In this document: one piece after another, positions 37,076-48,053 of the stretch | Layout of the letters: each line of letters opens with the position of its first letter | Numbering within the stretch: the first letter of the stretch is position 1 | Notes under the pieces: generated by a model | What the model was told of the DNA's origin: nothing | The model's database searches: none | Seen by the model: only the letters and a program-made list of their open reading frames with translations | Translations under genes and position numbers: made by a program | Origin: Octopus vulgaris | Lineage: Eukaryota | Length of the DNA: 64,000 bases | Direction of reading: 5' to 3' | Assembly: GCA_951406725.2 (NCBI GenBank) | Contig: OX597827.1 | Location: 78,616,001 to 78,680,000, forward strand

Positions 37076-37447
37076 AGACAACTCAGTTACGCACACACAC
37101 AATATATATATATATTTAATACTTATATATCAAAATTATAAGACAAGACTGCTACCATCGGGGAAATGGCTGTGCTTAATATGCAGAAAAGGAATAGGTG
37201 CGAATTCCATACAGGATACCCAGGGTAAGCAAGAGGTGTAGTGAGATCACAGGTGGACTAACAGCAAAGCTAACACCTTCACAGGTGGCAGGTGTACTAG
37301 AATATTCCTTTGGAATAGAACCTATCAACAATCCAGAAGGATCCTTAGAAGTAGCCAATGATTTCTATAACCAAGGTGGGTGCTCTGAGAGCATTGTATC
37401 CAGGGTATGAACAGGGTGGAATAAGTTCAGGAATCTACTACCTCAAT

Positions 37448-39327
37448 CAGTGCGGGGCCCCAATTGGGAACAACTTTGGCAGGCCCCGGGTTCCCAGTCA
37501 ACATGCACCAAGGGCTATAGAATTGTAAAAATATAAAAATCCAGCTGTTGAAACTATGCTACCATGCGATGCCACATCAAAGCACTCAGTCCATGGTGTA
37601 AAGTCCGTGGCGTTAGGAAGGGCCACAAGAAAAAACATGCCAAACCAGACGTAGCCCCTGGCTCGTTGGCCTGTCAGACAATCCAACCCATGCCAGCATG
37701 GAAAACGGACGTTAAATGCTGATTATAATATGCATATATATACTGTGTGACATAGGTGCAGGAGTGGCTGTGTGGTAAGTAGCTTGCTTACCAACCACAT
37801 GGTTCTAGGTTCAGTCCCACTGTGTGGCATCTTGAGCAAGTGTCTTCTGCTATAGCCTCAAGCTGACCAAAGCCTTGTGAGTGTATTTGGTAGACGGAAA
37901 CTGAAAGAAGCCCATCATATATATGTATATATATATATGTATATATAGATGTGTGTGTATATATATATACATATACGTATATATGTGTGTGTATACATAC
38001 ACACACACACATATATACATATATGTATATATATATATACTCTTTTATTTGTTTCAATCATTTGACTGTGGCCATGCTGGAGCACTGCTTTTAGTCAAAG
38101 AAATTGACCCCAGTTCTTATTCTTTGTAAGCCTAGTATTTATCCTATTGGTCTCCTTTGCTAAACCGCTAAGTTACAGGGATATAAAGACACCAACATCG
38201 GTGAGGGGACAAACACAGACACACACATATATATATATGGCGGGCTTCTTTCAGTTTCCATCTACCAAATATACTCATGGCTTTGGTCGGCCCAAGAATA
38301 TAGTAGAAGACACTTGCCCAAGGTGCCATGCAGTGGGACTGAACCCGGAACCATCTGGTTGGTAAACAAGCTACTTACCATACAGCCACTGCTGCACACA
38401 CACACACACATATATATATGAAATACTCTTTATTGAAATAATAAAGTTTCCCCAAAATTAAACATATACAAACACATATATATATATATTAAGAACAATC
38501 TTACTTAGAAATGGATGCGTGCGTTCCGTCATATAATAAATTAATAAATAAATATAACATATGCATATATACATACATATATGTATGTACCTATCTCTAC
38601 ATGTATATATATACATGCATATATGGGTACAGGACACCAAAAAAACGTCGAACACAATGAGAAACGAAAACAAACACAAAACCAAGGAACTGGACATTTT
38701 TCTTTAACAACGAAAAAATAGAGTACAGGACAAATAACACAAGGAAAATTCCCATTCTTCAGTCGCCTTTGTTTCATCTACTCCACGTTTCGAAGGTCAA
38801 GGCGATATATACATACATACTGCGGACAAGGCTGCATGGCATTTGATTATAAAAATAAAAAGATACACAAAACATATACCAACGAGTGAAGAATAAACGC
38901 AGAGAGATAAGTTCTGTACTTAACGTGGATTTTTTATTTATTATATATAAAATAAACTTTAATGAAATAAAAGTTTCCCCAAAATTAAACATATTTATAA
39001 AAACTGACACACACGAACATACATACTCTCACAGACACAAATATTTTACCCAAACATCCCCATAAATACTCCCAAACAAACATAACACATTGACCCCTTA
39101 CACTAAAAATTCAATAAATTTCTTCCAACTCAGCGGCTGACCCCAGCAGTTTTGGATGAATGGGTTTATCTTTTGATATCTGGTGTCACTAAAGTCTAGA
39201 AAGTATGTTTCTTTCTCTTTTTTTAAAAGACTTCACGGAGACTACCTTTATGAAATGTCGCAGTATCGAATGTGGCCTTCTTGAGCGCAGGGCCCAATTG
39301 GAAGGAATCGGCTTAAGGTCAGCCCTA
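37448..39327. mobile_element. hAT-like non-autonomous element with nested SINEs
   Basis: Right end CTTAAGGTCAGCCCTA is complementary to CAGGGCTGGCCTTAGG (left end, retained in the copy at 35068). Degenerate 8-bp TSD ACCTCAAT (37440) / ACCTTAGT (39328). Confidence 0.6.
37755..38395. mobile_element. Two family A SINEs tail-to-tail (+ 37755-~37925, - 38041-38395)
   Basis: Plus-strand head, (TA)/(TG) spacer, then a full minus-strand copy. Confidence 0.85.
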
Positions 39328-39597
39328 ACCTTAGTTCCCAACAGCGACTCTCCTTTAGAGTGAAGGGCAGATTGTATGACGCTGGTGTGTGCTAAGTGCA
39401 ATGCTGCACAATAATAAGACATGGACCTTGAATGCAGGGAAATTGTGAAGACTAGAAACAAAGCAAGGATGCTGTGACTGATGGATGATGCTAGTGTGCC
39501 TGGAGGAGGGAATACAAGAGTAAAACTGGGAACCAGAAGTTATGTAGAAGAGAGGAATGTACTGATTGATAGCCATGGGATGCACATAGATGACATC

Positions 39598-39900
39598 ATC
39601 AATCATCATTGTTTAACCTCCGCTTTCCATGCTAGCATGGGTTGGACAATTTGACTGAGGACTGGTGAACCAGATGGCTGCACCAGGCTCCAATCTTGAT
39701 CTGGTAGAGTTTCTACAGCTGGATGCCCTTCCTAATGCCAACCACTCCGAGAGTGTAATGGGTGCTTTTTACATGCCACTGGCACGAGGGCCAGTCAGGT
39801 GGTACTGGCAACACCCACGCTCAAATGTTGTTTACGTGCCACCTGCACAGGAGCCAGTCCAGTGGCACTGGCAACGACCTAGCTCAAATGTTTTTTCATG
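39598..39900 (-). mobile_element. RTE 3'-tail repeat (family B)
   Basis: Reverse complement of family B. Confidence 0.85.
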
Positions 39901-40616
39901 TGTGCCATTAAGATGACGCTGGTTAACGACAGTTGTATTAAAAAGTGTTGGCTGCTCCAAACAAATAGGACTTGTGGAAGACATGGGACATAGTAGTGAA
40001 AACTGGTCTCAAAATACTGAGTTTCACAGATGAAATGACAAGGGAGCACAAGAGACATGCAGGGCAGGAGAAAATCTTGCATCAAACAAGTCTGACAGAG
40101 AGAACACCAAAACAAGTTGACAGCCAAGATGCTCTTATCCACTCCTCAGTTTTACTATCGTTCTTCCATTGACCCTCTCGTTAGCTTCTCCAGTTCATTG
40201 TCACCTCTGCTATGGGATAACACTGGATCAACCCTACCCCTGATCAACTAACCCTACAATCCTTATCCTGTCTCCTAAGCCCTCAAATTGCTCTTTCACT
40301 TGTTTTCTTCCCTCAGCACCAACACTGAGAATTCTATGCAAAGTGGTTCATGTTAGGAAACCTGGTCAAAACAAACATTTGAGCAAGACGTGGCCCTCCA
40401 ACACATCAAGTCTTGTTGAACCATCCAGTATGGAAGACATAAAATGATTAGGATATAAAAAGATTGCATTTTCTGTAATTTGTTTCATTAAATAATAACA
40501 AAACCTCCAGCCCACCCTAAAAATACCCTGGTCAATATTATAGAATTGGCCAAGGGGCAGCCTCTAGAGCTTTCAACAATGAATGGCTCAATGGTGAAGC
40601 ATATTTTCAGACAAAC

Positions 40617-40811
40617 CAGTGGTTCTCAATCATTATTTACCTCTTTCATTCCTATTTTACTCCAATGGACTTCCATGGCCATTTCCTGTATATAAAAAAT
40701 CTTACTATATTATTAGGAACTGCATAAAAAGGGTGTTAAAATGTTTTGTGTACTGTAAAAGCATGACCAATTTCTTGTAGATTTTCTGTGGACCCCAGTT
40801 GAGAATCATTG
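40617..40811. mobile_element. hAT (Charlie-like) MITE; related partial copy at ~7843-8040
   Basis: TIRs CAGTGGTTCTCAA / TTGAGAATCATTG with internal GGACCCC motifs. Confidence 0.6.
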
Positions 40812-40859
40812 ATATAGATTGCGACATAGAACATCAAGACAACAGCAGGACACAAACGA

Positions 40860-42203
40860 ATGACAGATAGCCACACAAGTTCCATTCACATAGTTTTCTC
40901 TGCAATGCTGTTCCAGGCATTTTTAATTATTTCAACAGCATCCAAAACATTGAATGATCCCTAAACTTCTTTTAACCCTTTCATTACCAACCTGGCTGAA
41001 ACCAGCTCTGGCTTTGAGTACAAATGTCTTGTTTTCACAAATTTTGAATTAAAATCTTCCACCAAACCTTAGTCACAATTTACATTCCTAACACTAGCTG
41101 AATGATAACCAAGTTATTTTACTAAATTCTTTGTTATATTTAAAAGTAATTGAAAGAAACACAGAACATCTCAGCAGAAATATGGTAACGAAAGGGTTAA
41201 AGATGAACCTCCTTTCCTTATCAATGGTGTTTATTAAGTGATCAGATGTGTGCCAAATATAATACGCCTTAAATATTGCAATACCTTGATCCACTGGTTG
41301 TAAAAGTGACATATTTGGTGGCATAAAAATAGATCTAATATTTGGATGGTTCTGCTGCACAGATTGTGGATGGCAAAGAGCATCATCAACAACCAGAAAT
41401 GCAGGGAACGGAATATTTTTGTCTTTACAATATTTTAAATTCCAATACAAAATTATGTGAAAACCAGTCTTGAAACAGTGAAGTAATCCAAGTATCTTTA
41501 TTTTCTTCTTCTCTAAATGACCAGAAGGGTAGCTCTTACGGAGCCCTTTAAGGGCCCATTCTGCATTACCTCCAAGCAGCAGTAACAGTCATTATCATTT
41601 TAAAACCTTGCTTTGCAGATTTTCTTTTGCAATGGAAGTATTTTTTTTGGGGGGTATGTGTTTCCAAAACTGACTTGTTTCATCTACGTTGAAAAATTTC
41701 AGGGAATATAACCATATTTTCTCGTTTCTTTGGGAAGAACTCTATTGATTCAATATCAAAATTTGCAATTTCTCTTTGCATTTTTACATGATGCCAACCA
41801 ACTGGTTTTGTTTTTTTCATATCAATAAAACCAGCCATTGCTTACAATAAGTTTCTTTACATTGACCTCCTTTCATATGTTTAAGTGTCTTGAAAACAGA
41901 CAAGGCCTTAACGCAAATAACAGACTCTGTTCTCGGCATATTTAATTGTTACTGATAAAAGCTCTTCTGTGTGACCAATGAGGCTGACCACCTCTTTCTT
42001 ACACACCCTCATCATTTCTAATGAATATGTCCTTCTAATTTCATTCAAATATTTTTCTTTATCCATTAAAATCCTAAAAGAAATTTTAAGGCTAATTCTT
42101 TAACACTTCCTCCGGTTTTGTGTTCATTTAAGATTTCATACTTCATGGCTCAAGTTATTGTTTTCCGTTTTGCTAGATTATCAAGAGCATTCAATGCCAC
42201 CAT
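40860..42203 (-). pseudogene. Tigger/pogo (TIGD1-like, CENP-B HTH + DDE_1) transposase remnant
   Basis: By-hand translation gives KRKTIT*AMKYEILNEHKTGGSVKELALKF (psq-type HTH), FFNVDE, LLGGNA, LFQDWF and FLVVDDALCHP...FMPPNMSLLQPVDQGIAIFKAYY. Multiple stops and frameshifts. Confidence 0.85.
40976..41196 (-). mobile_element. piggyBac-like MITE inserted in the Tigger remnant
   Basis: TTAA-CCCTTTCATTACCA...TGGTAACGAAAGGG-TTAA. Confidence 0.85.
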
Positions 42204-42371
42204 ACAATCCTTTCGTTTGAACAAACGAGAAGCAGCAGGGTTTCCAAATTAAAATTCACTAAAATTGCTGGCCATAATCTTGGACATCAATGGAAAATTC
42301 ACTCAGGAGTAAATTATGAAAACAAACTTAAAAACCAAAATGGAAACATGAAATGAATTTTTGTATATTCA

Positions 42372-42756
42372 CTCTCTTTTACTTGTTTCAGTCATTTGAC
42401 TGCGGCCATGCTGGAGCACCGCCTTTAGTCGAACAAATTGACCCCGGGACTTATTCTTTGTAAGCCCAGTACTTATTCTATCGGTCTGTTTTGCCGAACC
42501 GTTAAGTAACGGGGACGTAAACACACCAGGATTGGTTGTCAAGCAATGCTAGGGGGACAAACACAGACACACACACTTATATATATATACATATATACGA
42601 CAGGCTTCTTTCAGTTTCCGTCTACCAAATCCACTCACAAGGCATTGGTTGGCCCGAGGCTATAGTAGAAGACACTTGCCCAAGATGCCACGCAGTGGGA
42701 CTGAACCCGGAACCATGTGGTTGGTTAGCAAGCTACTTACCACACAGCCACTCCTG
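42372..42756 (-). mobile_element. SINE family A (full length)
   Basis: Reverse complement of family A; absent at the paralogous position ~32690. Confidence 0.9.
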
Positions 42757-42789
42757 CTGAATATAATAATATGGTTTCTGAGGATTTTA

Positions 42790-44007
42790 TGAGGGTCAGC
42801 TGAAAAGTTCAGAGGCTGAGCAAGATACTTTCATGGAATGTGACCAAATGAGGTTTATTTTTCAACATAGTCCCCCTCACGGTCCACACACTTCTTCCAT
42901 CGGTGTTGAAGTGCTTGGATCCCATTGGTGAAGAAACTTTCATCCCGTTGGTTAAAAAAGTCATCAACTGCACACATGACATCATCATCACTGCGATGCT
43001 GCTTCCCAGCCAAGTGTTTTTTCATGTTGGGGAACAGATAATAGTCAGATGGGGCCAAATCGGGAGAGCAAGGAGGGTGATCAACCACTTCAAAGCCACA
43101 ATCACGCACAACAGCCATTGAAACCAAGGACTTGTGTACTGGAGCATCGTCCTGATGAAACAAGACCCCTTTTGCCAGTTTCCCTGGGCGTTTGATCTTC
43201 AAAGCCCTTTTTAACTGCCTCAGCAAGTTGGCATAGTACTCTCCATTGATGGCATGCCTCTTTTGAAGATAGTCAATAAACACAATACCTTTTGCATCCC
43301 AAAAAACTGAGGCCATCACCTTCCCTGCAGGTGAAATATTCTTGGCCTTCTTTGGTGCAGGTGGAGAGGTGAGTTCCTTTGTCTCAGGTTCAAAATGATG
43401 AACCCAGCACTCACCCTGGGTTAGGAAACGTTCAAGAAAATCAGCTGGATCTGCCTCAAACAATGCCAGATTTTCCCGTGATGTGATCAACCTGGTGTCT
43501 TTTTGATCAGATGTCAGAAGACGCGGCACCCACCGAGCAGAAACCTTCAACATGCCAAGTTCCTTATGCAGAATATTCTCAACTCTCTCACGGGATATCC
43601 TAATAGCATTGGCTATTTGATTTATAGTCAACTGCCTGTCATCCATCACCATGTGGTGAACACGATCAATGTTTTCCTCGGTGGTGGCAGTTGCAGGACG
43701 TCCAGACCTTGAATCATCTTCAAGATTTTCCCTTCCCTTCCGAAATTCCGCTGCCCACTTTTGCACTGTCGATAAAGCTGGAGCATCATTCCCTAATGTA
43801 GCAACCATGTCAGCATGAATGTCCTTGGGGGCTAAACCCTTTTTCTGCAGGTACTTGATAACACCACGATGCCAAATTTTGTCCATTCTACCTGGAAAGA
43901 AATAATACCGTTATTAATAAGAAGTGTTGAAATTAAGGCATGCAATGTTTCACAGCTCTAGCATCACTCCTTCAGAGTCAGCCTAGGAACTTTACAACCC
44001 ATCCTCG
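42790..44007 (-). mobile_element. Near full-length mariner DNA transposon (~1.2 kb)
   Basis: Imperfect ~30-bp TIRs (TGAGGGTCAGCTGAAAAGTTCAGAGGCTGA versus reverse complement CGAGGATGGGTTGTAAAGTTCCTAGGCTGA). Flanked by TA and CA (mutated TA). The empty site is visible in the paralogous segment at ~32720-32755. Confidence 0.9.
42855..43886 (-). CDS. Mariner (DD34D) transposase, 343 aa, ORF open but first catalytic Asp replaced
   Basis: Motifs WVPRLL, GKVMASVFWD, LFHQDDAPVH and SPDLAPSDYYLF. The expected xDExW motif reads TQGECW. Confidence 0.88.
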   Translation of the reverse strand: MDKIWHRGVIKYLQKKGLAPKDIHADMVATLGNDAPALSTVQKWAAEFRKGRENLEDDSRSGRPATATTEENIDRVHHMVMDDRQLTINQIANAIRISRERVENILHKELGMLKVSARWVPRLLTSDQKDTRLITSRENLALFEADPADFLERFLTQGECWVHHFEPETKELTSPPAPKKAKNISPAGKVMASVFWDAKGIVFIDYLQKRHAINGEYYANLLRQLKRALKIKRPGKLAKGVLFHQDDAPVHKSLVSMAVVRDCGFEVVDHPPCSPDLAPSDYYLFPNMKKHLAGKQHRSDDDVMCAVDDFFNQRDESFFTNGIQALQHRWKKCVDREGDYVEK

Positions 44008-44099
44008 CATTTAGTTTAATATCAACGAAAAGTATTCATACTAAATATCTTGTGCTGACTATATAATATTCATTTATACATGACACAACCAGCCCCAGC

Positions 44100-44478
44100 C
44101 CATTCAAATTACCTTGGCTTGCAGGATGGCCTTGCATTGTAGGGTGACCTGCTGCGCTTGAGGAGACCTCAAAATAAAAATAAAAATCAACATCAAAATA
44201 AAAGTCAAATGGAAATTGTAGTTGTGATACCCGTGCTGGTGGCATGTAAAAAGCACCATCCAGACGTGGCCAATGCCAGCCTCCTCTGGCCCCTGTGCCG
44301 GTGGCATGTAAAAAGCACCCACTACACTCACGGAGTGGTTGACGTTAGGAAGGGCATCCAGCTGTAGAAACACTGCCAGATCAGACTGGAGTCAGCCTCC
44401 TGGCTTCCTAGACCCTGGTCGAACCGTCCAACCCATGCTAGCATGGAAAACGGACGTTAAACGATGATGATAATGATG
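44100..44478 (+). mobile_element. RTE 3'-tail repeat (family B)
   Basis: Same motifs and (GAT)n tail. Confidence 0.85.
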
Positions 44479-45425
44479 ACATGACATATGCTAAGTAAAT
44501 TCCAATTCTTGGTTGATATATTTACTTCCCAACGGAGCTCAGGTATTTTCCACCCAAAATCTGCCTGCTCCCCTAAAAGTTGATGCAACGACAAAGAAAA
44601 CCCCACACCGTCATCACCTTAATTTTTTTTCTTTTACATTCATCCACTGCCCTTTAATCATCAGTTTCTGGACCCTAGTATCAATCAGATTAAAGATGAT
44701 TAATGAATAATGGCTCACATCTTCGTGTGTAATTATACTTTACAAGGTCTCTTCACCCATCAAAGTTCGAGTCCCAGATGGGAACCACTGTCCCACAAGA
44801 AACCCAAGTGTCCCACTGCAACAATATTGCAACTGTTTCAGCAGCGCTTACTGGGTCGGTTTTGTTGTTTTTTTTTCCTTTTAAATATATATCTATTTTC
44901 CTAAAAGTTATGAGGGGAAAATCGGATCTTGTGAATTTTCCGAAAGTCCTCTCCCCACTCCATGTTCGTTTGCACATTTTTTCTTTCTTTTCATATTTCG
45001 TTTTCTACACACTTTCTTACATCTAGTAGGCTAAGCTTTTTTCTCTTTTTGTTAACGGGTCTTAAACTTTATAGGGACCGAAATATTCTCAAAAGACTTT
45101 TTTTTAACCGAAAAGGCTTCTGCTGTGATTTTTTTAAGTGTGTCGAGCTAAACAAATTAGCCAAAACGGTCCGGATGGGAGGGGGAAGTTCTTCATAAAA
45201 AGTTTCCCCTCATTAAAGGCCATGGTGAAAAACTCCCTGTAAAAACGGAGAAAATTCAACTAATCCCAAACTGCGCCTCACGTTTCAGAATTATAATTCC
45301 CGATGAATGAAAGAGAGGAATACATTAAAGAAAGAAATGAATTTAATAAAAGAAACCAACCCATTTCCTAACACTTTCTTTCCCCCATAAAGTAGTGATG
45401 GCTCTTCCGTAAGAGTGTGTGTATG

Positions 45426-45467
<42 letters not shown>

Positions 45468-47024
45468 CACATATATATATATATATATATACACACACCT
45501 TCGCACAAAGGTAAAGAATGGTCTCTTTACATAGTGTAAAAGTGTACCGTTCGTGGTTGTTTAACCAGGCGAGTCTTGATGTGGCAGATCTATGATCAAA
45601 AGCAATCCAGTCTTGACCACCCTGTCATTTCAGAAGTATGCCGAGGACTACATTATCTTTGGAAGTGATATTTCTTTTCTCAAGAGAGTGAAGTGGATTT
45701 AGCTGCTATTTTGAGTAGATTGGGCGACCAGGAATAGACCCTCGTCGATTCGCTATGAATTTAACCAGCTAAACTACAACTATGCTTGGACATTGTTGAA
45801 TTTCGATCACTTGTTAATAAATTTAGTAAATTTAGAAGAGACAGTTTTTAATAAAAGCAGAGAGAGGAGGAGATTGTCAAAGCAAATATATATTGCAGTT
45901 GTACGACAATAAGGTTGGAGACGATTAAATGGGATGAAATAAAGATAGAATGAGAAAACTTGGAAATAAAACAACACAAATGTGTATAAATATGGTAAAC
46001 AACTGTGTATAATGTACGAATAAAGGATAATATTACCTTCCATTAAAAACAAAGCAATTTAAAGACTGAATTAATGATGTTTTGGAGGAATAAGACGGAT
46101 GAATGAGAAGCTTAGAGGCGCGTAAATGAAGCATATGGAAGATGCTAAGTGATGAAATGTGTCTTAGACTACGGAAAGCACAAAGCGAAGTAACTGATGA
46201 CGGTATCGAAAATAATACTAGATGATGGGGAAAACTGTGGCTTTGTTGAATCCTTGGACAATGGGACGAAATATCTTCTAGTATTTTACGTTCGGTCAGT
46301 GATTTGGGGAATAAAGTAATTGTCAATTGATAACGGACAGCTCCTCATCATTGTCTTCATTCGAATGTCTGCTTTTCAGGGCTAGAAATGGGTTTTATGA
46401 GCTACAGTAAGTTGCTGAAGGCTGCCACCACCCCTGCCCTCAGTGGGATGAAAAGTAGAGGAATGCTGTCCCCGTAATGTCCCCATTTCCATGCTTTCAT
46501 GCATCAGATGTGACTTCATTGAGGAAGAATTTTCTTGACCAGATGCCATTTCTGTCACCCAAAACTGCGCAATACTCATCTTTGAATTTACACATAATCA
46601 CATATTTGTGTAGACAACCCTCCCGCATATCTGTTAGTTTGAAGTCAACAGCTGTGGCCATAACATGTTAACATCCTCCTTACAATGTCCTTCATGATAG
46701 ATATCAATTGGATGCTATTTCTAGCAAATCAAACAGCTCACATAGTAGCTCCCTTGTTGGTTCATTCAATGTGTAGTGGTTATTCTACCTTCAATTCTTC
46801 TTTGATTAAAGAAATCCGCAATAGTCTTCCAACTCAACCATGACTATCCAGCAGAATGATATTGGCCAATGGGTCTGCCTCCAACTTCAAGATGGAGTGG
46901 GGGTGTTTCTCCTAGATTTCCAGCCATAGAAACTTCACCAAACACGAGATGTGATCCCCCTGACTTGTCTGGGAAAGCCAAATCTCAAAATAAGGATTGA
47001 CTGGGGCCATGGGTTCATCCTTTG

Positions 47025-47350
47025 TTCTGGACATGGCTGTATGGTTAAAAAGCTTGCTTTACAACCAAATGGTTTCTGGTTCAGTCTTACTATGGGGCCA
47101 AGTGTTTTCTACCCCAGGTTGACCAATGCTTTGTAAGTGAATTTGGTAGATGGAAATTGTGAGGAAGCCTGTAGTGTGTGTGTCCCTTCATCACCATTTG
47201 ACAACCAGTATTAGTTTATGTGCCTCTAAATTAGCAGTTTGGTAAAAGAGACTTAAAAAAAAATAAGTATTGGGGTCAATTTGCTCAAATAAACCCTTAA
47301 AGGTAATGTCCCAGCATGGTTGCAGTCCAATGACTGAAACAAGTAAAGAA
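47025..47350 (+). mobile_element. Diverged SINE family A (other diverged or partial copies: 8348-8645 +, 54030-54375 -, 54680-54820 -, 58340-58609 with 59155-59268 -)
   Basis: Recognisable head, GGATTTGGTAGA and CCAGCATGG...GACTGAAACAAGTAAA motifs. Confidence 0.7.
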
Positions 47351-47384
47351 GAAGACCATAAAATGCTGATGATGATGAATACTA

Positions 47385-48053
47385 TCATCATCATCGTTTA
47401 ACGTCCGCTTTCCATGCTGGCATGGGTTGGACGGTTTGACTGAGGATTGGTGAACCAGAGGGCTGCACCAGGCTCCAATCTGATCAGGCAATGTTTCTAC
47501 AGCTGGATGCCCTTCCTAATGCCAATGACTCCAAGTGTGCAGTGGGTGCTTTTTATGTGCCTCTGGCACAGGAGCCAGTCAGGCGGGCCTGACATCGATC
47601 ACGTTCAGATGGTGCTTTTTTATGTGGGATTATAAGTCAGGCAGACCTGGCTTATAATTTGTATTTTTCATACAAAATCCTTTCTTCTTCCAGAAGGCCA
47701 CATTTAAGGGACTCTAAAGCAACATGCTCTCTATCCCTGATTTAGTTTATCTGTGGCACATGAAAAACATTTGAGCGTGGTCATTGCCAGTGCCACCGGA
47801 CTGGCTCCCGTGGGGTTGGTACATAAAAAACACCTTTTATGCATGGTCCTTGCCAGTACCACCTGACTGGCGCCCGTGCCGGTGGCACATAAAAGCACCC
47901 ACTACACTCTCGGAATGGTTGGCGTTAGGAAGGGCATCCAGCTGCCAGATCAGATTGGAGCCTGGTGCAGCCTTATGGCTCACCAGTCCTCAGTCAAACT
48001 GTCCAACCCATGCCAACATGGAAAGCGGACATTAAACGATGGTGATGACGATG
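47385..48053. mobile_element. Head-to-head pair of family B repeats (- 47385-47625, + 47750-48053); another - copy at 49055-49240
   Basis: Same motifs in opposite orientations. Confidence 0.8.

Larger units (their letters stand above)
37140..40450 (+). mobile_element. Degraded RTE LINE split by a hAT-like element and younger inserts
   Basis: The RT remnant GGCSESIVSRV*TGWNKFRNLLP stops at 37447 and resumes (RVKGRLYDA) after 39328. It is interrupted again at ~39598-39900. Confidence 0.7.
42230..46340 (+). repeat. Segmental duplication, copy 2 (with its own SINE, mariner and RTE-tail insertions)
   Basis: As above; the ORF track also shows the duplicated peptide PLKVDATTKKTPHRHHLNF. Confidence 0.9.
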
